Of a DNA stretch of 64,000 nt, positions 1-7,751 are shown piece after piece; position 1 is the first letter of the stretch; every line of letters begins with the position of its first letter. The stretch spans positions 500 through 64,499 of the forward strand of contig CAJOFV010000003.1 of assembly GCA_905233925.1 (NCBI GenBank), read 5' to 3'. Under the pieces are notes generated by a model that saw only the letters and a program-made list of their open reading frames with translations, made no database searches and was not told the DNA's origin. The DNA is from Paludibacteraceae bacterium. GTDB lineage: Bacteria; Bacteroidota; Bacteroidia; Bacteroidales; Paludibacteraceae. Both the position numbers and the translations under genes were made by a program.

Positions 1-236
1 TTAATCATACGTGCCGTCGCTTCATCTTCTTCAGCCTTATCAACATTGGTATATGCCGCGCAATTGACTATCAGATTTATAGCATTCTCGCGCACAAAAG
101 CCTGCACCGCTTCACGATTGGTTATATCAAGTTCTGCCACATCCGTAAAGAAGTACCGGTGATTTTGGTGCTGCGCGCTCAAATTACGCATTTCCGTTCC
201 CAATTGGCCGTTACAGCCGGTAATCAGAATATTCAT
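1..236 (-). CDS. rfbD: dTDP-4-dehydrorhamnose reductase (RmlD/RfbD), N-terminal 78 codons; gene runs off the window edge
   Basis: Reverse translation from ATG 236 gives MNILITGCNGQLGTEMRNL...NCAAYTNVDKAEEDE. This is a Rossmann GxxGxxG N-terminus plus the CAAYTxVDxAE motif typical of RmlD. Confidence 0.8.
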   Translation of the reverse strand, partial: MNILITGCNGQLGTEMRNLSAQHQNHRYFFTDVAELDITNREAVQAFVRENAINLIVNCAAYTNVDKAEEDEATARMI

Positions 237-255
237 TGCTTGTATATTTTTTACA

Positions 256-1428
256 TTAGAATCGTACGCCGAATATAAGGTCTGCCTTCCAGTCCCAGGT
301 CATCAAATGGGCATTTATATCAACGTTATAGTCCAAAGTAAGGTCATCGCGGTCTATTTCAAACATCTTATCCTGCATCCTATAACGTATATTATGACAT
401 ATACCGGAAAGTGCCAGTACAAACCGGTCGTTTATATTCCATACCACGGCTGCACGTGCCATTCCTGTTAAGAAAAAAGGATAACGTGGGCTTACCTTGC
501 GGGTAAATACAAGATTATAATTTTCTTCTTCATTATGCCAGAACATCCGGCTGTCGCCTGTAAGAAGTAATTGGTTAAATACCGAAACCATCGGAATAAC
601 CGATATGTGAAGTAATACCTTTCCTTTGTTTGGAGTGTAGTTATAGCCATATCCTACGCCAAGTGCAATTTGATATATTTCCATATCATGCAATCCGCCT
701 GTCATTGCCATATAGCCGTCTTTGTTAAAATGCAAATTGGCATAACGGAAGTCAACATACGCCATGACTGATCCGGCAGATTTTTTCTGGATTAAAGACT
801 GTTTGAATGCTGCCGGCATGGAAAATTTCTTTCGGTTGAAAGCTAAATAACCGGACACAAAAAGCGTTGTAAGTGATATATCATCTGCACCTATATCTGT
901 TTTGCCTTCTATTTCCGAAGCATCAACATATCCATTGGCATACGATGTCTTTCTTCTCAATAACTCAAGTCCCCAACCATTTTGTATGAAGCCTATTCCA
1001 AAGTTGGAATATCCTTTGAAAAGGTCTGCCATATAGCCTATATTCAAATTCCGAAATGCTATATTGGCTCCTATTTTTGGCGTTACATGGGAGTTAAAGC
1101 GTGCATCTACATCCCCGTAATGAGGCAAACCGTCTATATCAAACGAAGTATGTGCAGCACCTACTTCTCCTCTTAATGCTATACACCAACGGTATTTTGG
1201 TAAAGCAAGATAAGTAGTATCAATATTCTTCGAAGACCATTTATCGGCAAAGGCGCAGAATTTGTTCCAAGTATTTGTAGCTTTAACTTTTTGCATGGAA
1301 TCCAAACGCGAAGCATGTCCGTTCGGCTCATAGGCAAAAGTATTTTGCGTACTTACAAACGCAAAAATAAATAAAATTACAACATACTTTATATTTTTTG
1401 ATATAGTAGCGGATAAGTAGTACGCCAT
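256..1428 (-). CDS. putative outer-membrane beta-barrel protein (family not recognised with certainty)
   Basis: 390-aa ORF with a hydrophobic signal-like N-terminus (VVILFIFAFVSTQNTFA). It has an alternating strand-like pattern and the aromatic C-terminus IFGVRF typical of OM barrels. Confidence 0.6.
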   Translation of the reverse strand: MAYYLSATISKNIKYVVILFIFAFVSTQNTFAYEPNGHASRLDSMQKVKATNTWNKFCAFADKWSSKNIDTTYLALPKYRWCIALRGEVGAAHTSFDIDGLPHYGDVDARFNSHVTPKIGANIAFRNLNIGYMADLFKGYSNFGIGFIQNGWGLELLRRKTSYANGYVDASEIEGKTDIGADDISLTTLFVSGYLAFNRKKFSMPAAFKQSLIQKKSAGSVMAYVDFRYANLHFNKDGYMAMTGGLHDMEIYQIALGVGYGYNYTPNKGKVLLHISVIPMVSVFNQLLLTGDSRMFWHNEEENYNLVFTRKVSPRYPFFLTGMARAAVVWNINDRFVLALSGICHNIRYRMQDKMFEIDRDDLTLDYNVDINAHLMTWDWKADLIFGVRF

Positions 1429-1639
1429 CTGTTTTCTACACCTTATATTATATATATTGGATTTTCAAAAAACTCTATGTTTATATATACTTTGTTAAAA
1501 TGTTGAAAAGTTTTGTAACTCATTCCTAATCAGCAGATAACGTATGTAGAATACATTTCAAAAAATGTTAATTTGGTTCAAAAGTTTTAGTTTTCTACTG
1601 CTATAAACATTACTTTTCTACAAATTGTTGAAAACTTGT

Positions 1640-2590
1640 TTATAACCACTTTTTAATTCTGAAGAATCCCAATACTGCCAATGTAAATGCAATCATCAAG
1701 CCTATTGCCCAGAGATAGCCGTGTTCCCAATGCAGTTCCGGCATAATATCAAAGTTCATGCCGTACATGCTTGCAATCAGCGTTGGCGGCAGGAAGATAA
1801 TATTAATAACCGTAAATATCTTGATAATCTTGTTCTGTTCGATGTTTACCAAACCGAGGAACGTATCCTGCAGGTAATCAAGACGGTCAAATCCGAATCG
1901 CGTATAATCAAAAAGTGAATTGATATCTTTGATAATCATCGTCAGTCGCGGCTGCAGTTCCTGCGGGAAAAAATCACATTTCAAGAAGTTGCTTATAACG
2001 CGCTGTTTATCCATGATATTTTGACGGATGACAGTTACTTTTTCTTGTAAGTCCTTGATTTGCAACAGAAAATCTTCATCCACATGATCTGAAGCTTTGG
2101 TAATTTCATCGGATAGTTTGGTAATCATATCCGTCGTATCTTCAATCAAGTCGGCATCCTTTTCAACACGGGTTTCCATTAGCGCCACAAGCACATGAAA
2201 TCCCGATGGAAAATTCCGTGTGTTCACAAACATACGTTTGATAGTTTCGTTGAAACTGCCTAATTCCGCATCATGCGATGTAACCAAAATATTGTTTTTA
2301 AGGATAAAGTTAACCGGCTCCACTTCAAAATTTGAGTGCAGGAAGTTACTATTGGCCACTATCGAATCATCCGTCTGAATATAGCGGGACGACATCTCGA
2401 TTTCTTCCATTTCTTCATCTTCCTGAATATCGATTTTGAGAAATCCTTCAAGCGTATCCTCTGTCTTGTCGCTCACATCCAACAGGTCAATCCAGATAAT
2501 ATCTTTCTTGTCTAGTTCCTTGAGTGCGCCGATGGTCTTGGCGACTTTGATTTTATCGTTGTCTTTATAGAATATTCTCAGTTCTGACAT
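1640..2590 (-). CDS. corA: magnesium/cobalt transporter CorA
   Basis: 316-aa ORF with two C-terminal TM helices and the CorA signature MYGMNF (GMN motif). Confidence 0.9.
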   Translation of the reverse strand: MSELRIFYKDNDKIKVAKTIGALKELDKKDIIWIDLLDVSDKTEDTLEGFLKIDIQEDEEMEEIEMSSRYIQTDDSIVANSNFLHSNFEVEPVNFILKNNILVTSHDAELGSFNETIKRMFVNTRNFPSGFHVLVALMETRVEKDADLIEDTTDMITKLSDEITKASDHVDEDFLLQIKDLQEKVTVIRQNIMDKQRVISNFLKCDFFPQELQPRLTMIIKDINSLFDYTRFGFDRLDYLQDTFLGLVNIEQNKIIKIFTVINIIFLPPTLIASMYGMNFDIMPELHWEHGYLWAIGLMIAFTLAVLGFFRIKKWL

Positions 2591-3360
2591 GGTTCCAATA
2601 ATTTTGTAAGGTTAATAAATTCTTCAACACTTAATTGTTCGGGTCGTTTTGTTAAGTAACTTTCAACTTTAGCCTCGTCTGAAATCAGTTCGTGCAGCGA
2701 GTTACGTAATTGTTTTCGTCGTTGGTTGAAAGCTGTCTTAACGACCGTTTTGAAAAGCCGTTCATCGCATCCTAACGACTGACGGCTGTTTCGTCGTAAT
2801 CGTACCACAGCCGATTTGACTTTCGGCGGCGGATTGAACACATTTTCGTCAACGGTAAATAAATATTCTATATCATACCATGCCTGCAGCAGCACGCTCA
2901 GGATGCCGTATGCTTTTTTGCCGGGTTTGGACGCAATTCGCTCCGCAACTTCCTTCTGAATCATCCCGGAGCACACCGGAATACGGTCTTTATACTCCAA
3001 AACCTTGAAAAAAATCTGGCTGCTTATATTATAAGGATAATTGCCGATTACGCCGAATTGGCCGCTTGGAAAAACGTTGTTAAGGTCAAGTTTGAGAAAA
3101 TCGCCTTCAATCAGATTCAACTCCGGATACCATTCCTTGAGATAAGCCACTGATTCGCGGTCCAACTCTATCGCCGTCAAGCTGATAGCCGGATTTTGCA
3201 GCAGAAACTGCGTCAAAACACCCATACCCGGTCCTATCTCAAGAACGGGAAAACGTGTATCCGTAATAACCGGATTGATGGTCTCAGCAATCTTCTGGGC
3301 GACCCCAAGGTCTTTCAAGAAGTGCTGCCCCAGCGATTTCTTGGCGCGTACTTTTTGCAT
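2578..3360 (-). CDS. rsmA: 16S rRNA (adenine1518/1519-N6)-dimethyltransferase RsmA/KsgA
   Basis: The ORF track gives 2578..3432, but codon 3432 is GTG. The conserved KsgA N-terminus [15 protein letters not shown] starts at ATG 3360. SAM-binding motif [11 protein letters not shown] is present. Confidence 0.9.
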   Translation of the reverse strand: MQKVRAKKSLGQHFLKDLGVAQKIAETINPVITDTRFPVLEIGPGMGVLTQFLLQNPAISLTAIELDRESVAYLKEWYPELNLIEGDFLKLDLNNVFPSGQFGVIGNYPYNISSQIFFKVLEYKDRIPVCSGMIQKEVAERIASKPGKKAYGILSVLLQAWYDIEYLFTVDENVFNPPPKVKSAVVRLRRNSRQSLGCDERLFKTVVKTAFNQRRKQLRNSLHELISDEAKVESYLTKRPEQLSVEEFINLTKLLEPCQN

Positions 3361-3386
3361 TTTGTTGGTGATAGTCGTCCATAAAA

Positions 3387-3418
3387 TTTGGTTAATTAAA
3401 AAAATTGTTGTACCTTTG
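3387..3418 (+). promoter_or_regulatory. Bacteroidetes-type promoter for gtrA
   Basis: TTTG (3387-3390), 20 nt, then TACCTTTG (3411-3418). This matches the TTTG / TAnnTTTG consensus. Confidence 0.55.
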
Positions 3419-3442
3419 CGGCGTTTTTCCACAAAATCGCGG

Positions 3443-3474
3443 CAAAAGTACTGCTTTTATTTGAAATATGCAAA
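3443..3474 (-). promoter_or_regulatory. Bacteroidetes-type promoter for rsmA-corA
   Basis: On the minus strand: TTTG (3474-3471), 20 nt, then TACTTTTG (3450-3443). Confidence 0.5.
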
Positions 3475-3478
3475 AAAA

Positions 3479-3982
3479 ATGAACAAATTAGCGAATTTTA
3501 TTACAAAAATTATAGATTTCTTCTATAAACCCTTCCAAAAACTGCTTCCCGAGCAGCTTTTTAGGTATGCGGCATGCGGCGGAGGAAACATGGTTCTGGA
3601 TTGGGTTCTCTATTTCCTCATTTATAATTTTGTTATAGGTCATGACCTCGTCTATTTAAATCTTCAAATCTTCAAATCTTCAAATTTTCAAATTTGTCTC
3701 ACTCCGCATATTGCAACGCTTTGTATTGTCTTCCCCATTACGCTCTTCACCGGATTTTGGCTGAATAAATATGTCACATTTACCCAATCAACGCTGCATA
3801 GTTTCCGCCAGTTGATGCGCTATGTTCTTATTGTCGCGGTAAACCTCGCAATCAACTATTTCGGACTCAAACTCTGTGTCGAAGTTTGGGGCTGGTATCC
3901 CACGCCGAGCAAGATGTTTATTACGATAATTACGATATTTATATCGTTTTTCGGACAAAAATACTTTTCTTTTCGCAAATAA
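3479..3982 (+). CDS. GtrA family membrane protein
   Basis: The in-frame ATG at 3479 gives MNKLANFITKIIDFFYKPFQKLLPEQLFRYAACGGGNMVLDWVLYF, a typical GtrA N-terminus, followed by four hydrophobic helices. The upstream part of ORF 3275..3982 overlaps rsmA and its promoter. Confidence 0.8.
   Translation: MNKLANFITKIIDFFYKPFQKLLPEQLFRYAACGGGNMVLDWVLYFLIYNFVIGHDLVYLNLQIFKSSNFQICLTPHIATLCIVFPITLFTGFWLNKYVTFTQSTLHSFRQLMRYVLIVAVNLAINYFGLKLCVEVWGWYPTPSKMFITIITIFISFFGQKYFSFRK
3658..3697 (+). repeat. period-8 degenerate tandem repeat, TTCAAATC family, inside the gtrA ORF
   Basis: Units are aaatcttc x3, aaattttc and aaatttgt. It is translated in frame as NLQIFKSSNFQI. Confidence 0.9.
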
Positions 3983-4014
3983 TTTGCATGTTTGCAAAAA
4001 AAGTTGTAATTTTG
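3983..4014 (+). promoter_or_regulatory. Bacteroidetes-type promoter for the small OM barrel gene
   Basis: TTTG (3983-3986), 20 nt, then TAATTTTG (4007-4014), 48 nt upstream of ATG 4062. Confidence 0.55.
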
Positions 4015-4061
4015 CGCGCTGAAAATAATGTATAATTAAAAATACTTAAAAATATACGGTT

Positions 4062-4559
4062 ATGAAGAAAATTTTATCGCTCGTTTTAGTCGTTCTTATG
4101 GCGGCTACAGTTTCTGCAAAGCAGTACAAACACAGTATTGGTATGGTGGCTGGTCTCGGTATCGGTGCACAGTACAAAACAATGTTTACAGACCACCTCA
4201 CGCTCCTCGGTGAGTTCGGCTATTTCATGAACCTGGATGGTGGCACCGGATTCGGATATGCCGGCCCGATTGCAAACGCTGTATTTGCTTATCAGGCTAA
4301 ATGTGCTTCCGGCGATGGCATTGATTTGTCATGGTATGCCGGTGGTCAGGTGAAACTCGGTTACACAGGCTATGGACCAGATGGTGTCGGTGTATCTGGC
4401 GTTGGCGGTGCTGTCGGACTTGAGGCAAATATGACGAACGCGCCGATTGCTTTCTCTTTTGACTTCCGCCCGGGTTACGCTTTCCTGTTTACTGGTCAGG
4501 GAGCAGGCGGACACATGTTCGACTATTCATTCAATCTTGGCGTCCGCTACACGTTCTAA
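4062..4559 (+). CDS. small outer-membrane beta-barrel protein (OmpW/OmpX-like size)
   Basis: 165 aa with signal peptide MKKILSLVLVVLMAATVSA. It is Gly/aromatic-rich with alternating strands and ends in GVRYTF. Confidence 0.65.
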   Translation: MKKILSLVLVVLMAATVSAKQYKHSIGMVAGLGIGAQYKTMFTDHLTLLGEFGYFMNLDGGTGFGYAGPIANAVFAYQAKCASGDGIDLSWYAGGQVKLGYTGYGPDGVGVSGVGGAVGLEANMTNAPIAFSFDFRPGYAFLFTGQGAGGHMFDYSFNLGVRYTF

Positions 4560-4578
4560 CCAAAACCAACGAGCCAAT

Positions 4579-4640
4579 AGTTAGTTATTAGTTAGATATT
4601 AGTTAGTTATTAAGCACCCTTTAAGCACCCTTTAAGTAGC
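4579..4640 (+). repeat. composite short-unit repeat (TTAGTTA-type units followed by taagcaccctt x2), copy A of a dispersed element
   Basis: agttagttattagttagatattagttagttat is followed by taagcaccctt taagcaccctt taagtagc, directly upstream of ATG 4642. About 42/48 nt match the inverted copy at 49026-49073. Confidence 0.8.
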
Positions 4641-4641
4641 T

Positions 4642-5328
4642 ATGAAGAAGTTATTTATATTGCTCGTTCTGGCAATGTTATTGCCGAATGTTTATGCCAA
4701 AAAACCGCTGACTTTGTTCCTTGTCGGCGACGAAACAATGGCGGAACTCACTCAGCCTGAGGACGTTACGGATTCGGCGGCAGTTGGATGGGGACAAATG
4801 TTGCCGAAATATTTGCCGGACGATGCCATCGTCGAGAACCACGCAGTGGACGGCGCTACCACCAAATCCTTTATCAGTGAAGGACAATGGCAGGAGGTGA
4901 CAGCACGTATCAAACGCGGAAATGTAGTGATGATTCAGTTCGGCCATCACGAATATGACGAAGAAGACTATCGTCATTTCTCAACGATAGAGTACTTCGA
5001 GAACAACCTTCTGCAAATGATTAAAGAGGCGCAAAAGAAAGGCGCAAAAGTAGTTTTGCTCACGCCCACCGCAAAGAATTTCTTCAAGGATACAGTCCTT
5101 TATCCCCGTCACGGAGGATATGCGGAAGCAGTGCGTCGTGTCGCTGCGCATGCGCATCTGCCGCTCATTGATGTGGATGACTACACAACCGCATTTATTG
5201 AGAATCGCGGCGAAGAAGGTGCAGCGGAATTTTTTGCAGACACCATCCGCCTGAATGAAGAAGGCGCAAAACAGGTGGCAAAAATGGTCGCTCAGTCGGC
5301 GGCTGAACAGAAAATCAAAGGATTTTGA
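4642..5328 (+). CDS. SGNH/GDSL hydrolase-fold protein (rhamnogalacturonan acetylesterase-like) with substituted catalytic residues
   Basis: 228 aa with a signal peptide. Block I reads LVGDETMA, block II AVDGATTKSF, block III IQFGHHEYD and block V ADTIRLNEEGA. Confidence 0.8.
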   Translation: MKKLFILLVLAMLLPNVYAKKPLTLFLVGDETMAELTQPEDVTDSAAVGWGQMLPKYLPDDAIVENHAVDGATTKSFISEGQWQEVTARIKRGNVVMIQFGHHEYDEEDYRHFSTIEYFENNLLQMIKEAQKKGAKVVLLTPTAKNFFKDTVLYPRHGGYAEAVRRVAAHAHLPLIDVDDYTTAFIENRGEEGAAEFFADTIRLNEEGAKQVAKMVAQSAAEQKIKGF

Positions 5329-5334
5329 TAGGCC

Positions 5335-6459
5335 GTGCAACTTGGCGTCTTCGAAATATCAAATGTAGTTCTGTGCCTTACCGGCGTATTGTTCGCGGCA
5401 TTTGTCTATGAAGTCTATTTCTATTGCCGCTACATGGTTATCCGCCGCAAAACCGAAACGCTATCCGGACAGAAACCGCCTGTAACGGTTATAGTCTGCG
5501 CACGGAATGAAGGATATAACCTCCGCTCCTATGTCCAGAGTCTCCTCACGCAGGATTATCCGGAATACGAAGTGATTATAGTGAACGATGGTTCGGAGGA
5601 TAATACCCAGGCGGTCATTGACGATTATGTATTGACCGATTCGCGTGTCAGAACAACGTTTGTACCGAGAGGAGCAAGGATGTGCAGCACGAAGAAACTG
5701 GGCCTGACGCTCGCTGCCAAAGCGGCAAAATATGATTATCTGTTGTTAACGGACGCTGATTGTCGACCGGAATCAAAGCATTGGATTTCGGCAATGATGG
5801 CGGGATTCGAAAAACCTGGCACAGAGGTAGTAATCGGTTTTGGCGCCTACTTCCGCGAACCGACGATGCTCAACAGCGTTATTCAATACGAGACGCTCTT
5901 TAACGGCTTGCATTATCTCGATGCTGCGGCTACCGGAAAACCGTACATGGGCGTCGGACGCAATCTGGCCTATAAAAAACAGATGTTCTTTGAAAAGGGC
6001 GGATTCAGTGACCAGATGACCTCCATTGCCGGCGATGACGATTTGTTTGTCAACAAAGTGGCAACGCGCGACAATACCATGGCGGTAAACACGAAGGAAA
6101 GCATCACTTGGTCGGTTCCCAAACGGACGTGGAAAGACTGGTGGCAGCAAAAACGCCGCCATCTCTCCGTCTCGCCGGCATATAAACCCTCCTCCAAGCA
6201 TCACCTTGTTCATGAACCGGTAATGCGTGCTGTATTCTACGGCTTGATAATCGCGTTGTTTGTATTGGGTGAACCGCTCTCGATGTGTGTGGCATTCCTG
6301 TTGCTCCTGATTCGCCTGCTGATGCAGGTGTCCGTCATTAATGTAGGGGCACGCCGGCTCGGACAACCGTCTGTAGGACTGGAACTGATTTGGTATGATA
6401 TCTTCCTCCCGCTCATCACCCTGGCAGCCATGCTCGGCAAAAAAAAGAACAAGTGGTAA
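5335..6459 (+). CDS. family 2 glycosyltransferase, membrane-anchored
   Basis: 374 aa with a GTG start at 5335 and an N-terminal TM helix. GT2 motifs VTVIVCARNE, IIVNDGSEDNT and LLTDADC are present, followed by C-terminal TM helices. Confidence 0.8.
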   Translation: MQLGVFEISNVVLCLTGVLFAAFVYEVYFYCRYMVIRRKTETLSGQKPPVTVIVCARNEGYNLRSYVQSLLTQDYPEYEVIIVNDGSEDNTQAVIDDYVLTDSRVRTTFVPRGARMCSTKKLGLTLAAKAAKYDYLLLTDADCRPESKHWISAMMAGFEKPGTEVVIGFGAYFREPTMLNSVIQYETLFNGLHYLDAAATGKPYMGVGRNLAYKKQMFFEKGGFSDQMTSIAGDDDLFVNKVATRDNTMAVNTKESITWSVPKRTWKDWWQQKRRHLSVSPAYKPSSKHHLVHEPVMRAVFYGLIIALFVLGEPLSMCVAFLLLLIRLLMQVSVINVGARRLGQPSVGLELIWYDIFLPLITLAAMLGKKKNKW

Positions 6460-6480
6460 ACAATTCTAAACAATATACCT

Positions 6481-6786
6481 ATGGCAGAACAACAATTAAA
6501 CATCAAACTTACGCCTGAAGTGGCGGAGGGAACATATTCCAATATGGCGATTATTTCCCATTCTTCGTCCGAATTTCTGATAGATTTTGTACGTATGGTT
6601 CCCGGTATCAAGGATGCCAACGTCAAATCCCGCATTATCCTTGCGCCTGAACACGCAAAACGCCTGCTGTTCGCTTTGCAGGACAATCTTGCCAAGTACG
6701 AAAACCAGTACGGAAACATCCAAATTGCCGGTGCTCCCGCAAAAGGAAGTACCATTCCGATGTCATTTGGTGGCGGCGAAGCATAA
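6481..6786 (+). CDS. DUF3467 domain protein
   Basis: 101 aa starting MAEQQLNIKLTPEVAEGTYSNMAIISHSSSEFLIDFV, which I recognise as the DUF3467 pattern. Confidence 0.75.
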   Translation: MAEQQLNIKLTPEVAEGTYSNMAIISHSSSEFLIDFVRMVPGIKDANVKSRIILAPEHAKRLLFALQDNLAKYENQYGNIQIAGAPAKGSTIPMSFGGGEA

Positions 6787-6823
6787 TCTTCAAATTTTCA
6801 AATTATCAAATCTTAAATTATAC
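6784..6823 (+). repeat. period-8 degenerate tandem repeat, TTCAAATC family, intergenic
   Basis: Units are taatcttc, aaattttc, aaattatc, aaatctta and aaattata. It begins at the TAA of the DUF3467 gene and ends 4 nt before ATG 6828. Confidence 0.9.
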
Positions 6824-6827
6824 TATT

Positions 6828-7703
6828 ATGAGAACATTTCCAGCTAGTCAATTGATTATTAATGCAGACGGCAGTGCATTCCATCTGCATCTCAAACCCG
6901 AGTTCCTCGCAGACAAGATTATCCTCGTGGGTGATCAGGACCGCGTAAATATCGTTGCTTCCTTCTTCGATGAAGGCAGTATTGAATGTGATGTACAAAG
7001 CCGCGAGTTCCACACCATTACCGGTAAGTACAAAGGCAAACGTATCTCTTGTATCTCCACCGGTATCGGCACCGACAACTGTGACATCGTTATGAACGAA
7101 ATCGATTCCCTCGCAAACATCGACTACAACACCCGTGAAGAGAAAGCCGAACCGCGTCATCTTGAGATTATCCGTATTGGTACCTGCGGCGGAATGCAGG
7201 AGGATATTCCGTTGGGCACCTTCCTCGTAAGCCAGAAGTCCATCGGTTTCGATGGCGTTTTGGCGTTCTATCATGACCGTGACAAAATTGCCGATGTAGG
7301 CTTCGAAGAAGCATTGGTTGATTTTATCGGCTATCCGAAGAAAGCTGCTCGTCCGTATGTGGTGGCTGCCAATCCCGAATTGGTTGACCGTATTGCGAAA
7401 GACGACATGATGCGCGGTTGCACCATTGCCGCCAACGGTTTTTATGGCCCGCAAGGCCGTGTGCTCCGCGTGCCTATCGCTGTGCCCGACATCAACGAGA
7501 AGATTTCCGCTTTCCGTTATGAAGGACAGCGTATTACCAACTACGAAATGGAAGGTAGTTGCATTGCCGGTCTCGCACTGCACATGGGACATAAAGCTAT
7601 GACAGTTTGCTGCGTTATTGCACAACGCAAAGCCGAAGCTGCAAATACGGACTATAAACCACGCGTGAAAGAACTTATCAAGACCGTTCTTGAGCGCTTC
7701 TAA
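6828..7703 (+). CDS. nucleoside phosphorylase (PNP_UDP_1 / uridine phosphorylase-like)
   Basis: 291 aa with motifs ISCISTGIGTDN, IIRIGTCGG and NYEMEGS, characteristic of the PNP/UDP phosphorylase family. Confidence 0.8.
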   Translation: MRTFPASQLIINADGSAFHLHLKPEFLADKIILVGDQDRVNIVASFFDEGSIECDVQSREFHTITGKYKGKRISCISTGIGTDNCDIVMNEIDSLANIDYNTREEKAEPRHLEIIRIGTCGGMQEDIPLGTFLVSQKSIGFDGVLAFYHDRDKIADVGFEEALVDFIGYPKKAARPYVVAANPELVDRIAKDDMMRGCTIAANGFYGPQGRVLRVPIAVPDINEKISAFRYEGQRITNYEMEGSCIAGLALHMGHKAMTVCCVIAQRKAEAANTDYKPRVKELIKTVLERF

Positions 7704-7715
7704 AAAGCAAAAAAT

Positions 7716-7740
7716 GGGGCAGGGACTAATTCTCTGCCCC
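7716..7740 (+). terminator. hairpin downstream of the nucleoside phosphorylase gene
   Basis: ggggcag (7716-7722) pairs with ctgcccc (7734-7740). No strong T-tract. Confidence 0.45.
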
Positions 7741-7751
7741 GAAACGTATAT

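Noticed and set aside
1429-1639. Repeated words gttgaaaa(g/c)tt(t)tgt and ttttctac (three times each) in the spacer between the OM barrel gene and corA.
   Set aside because: They are short, AT-rich and loosely matching. I could not place a promoter box or dyad with confidence.
3361-3432. N-terminal extensions in the ORF track at 3432, 15816, 26461, 39398, 44041, 48571, 57548 and 58937.
   Set aside because: Most extended starts I checked are TTG or GTG codons, and conserved protein N-termini or signal peptides begin at internal ATGs. I therefore used the internal ATG starts.
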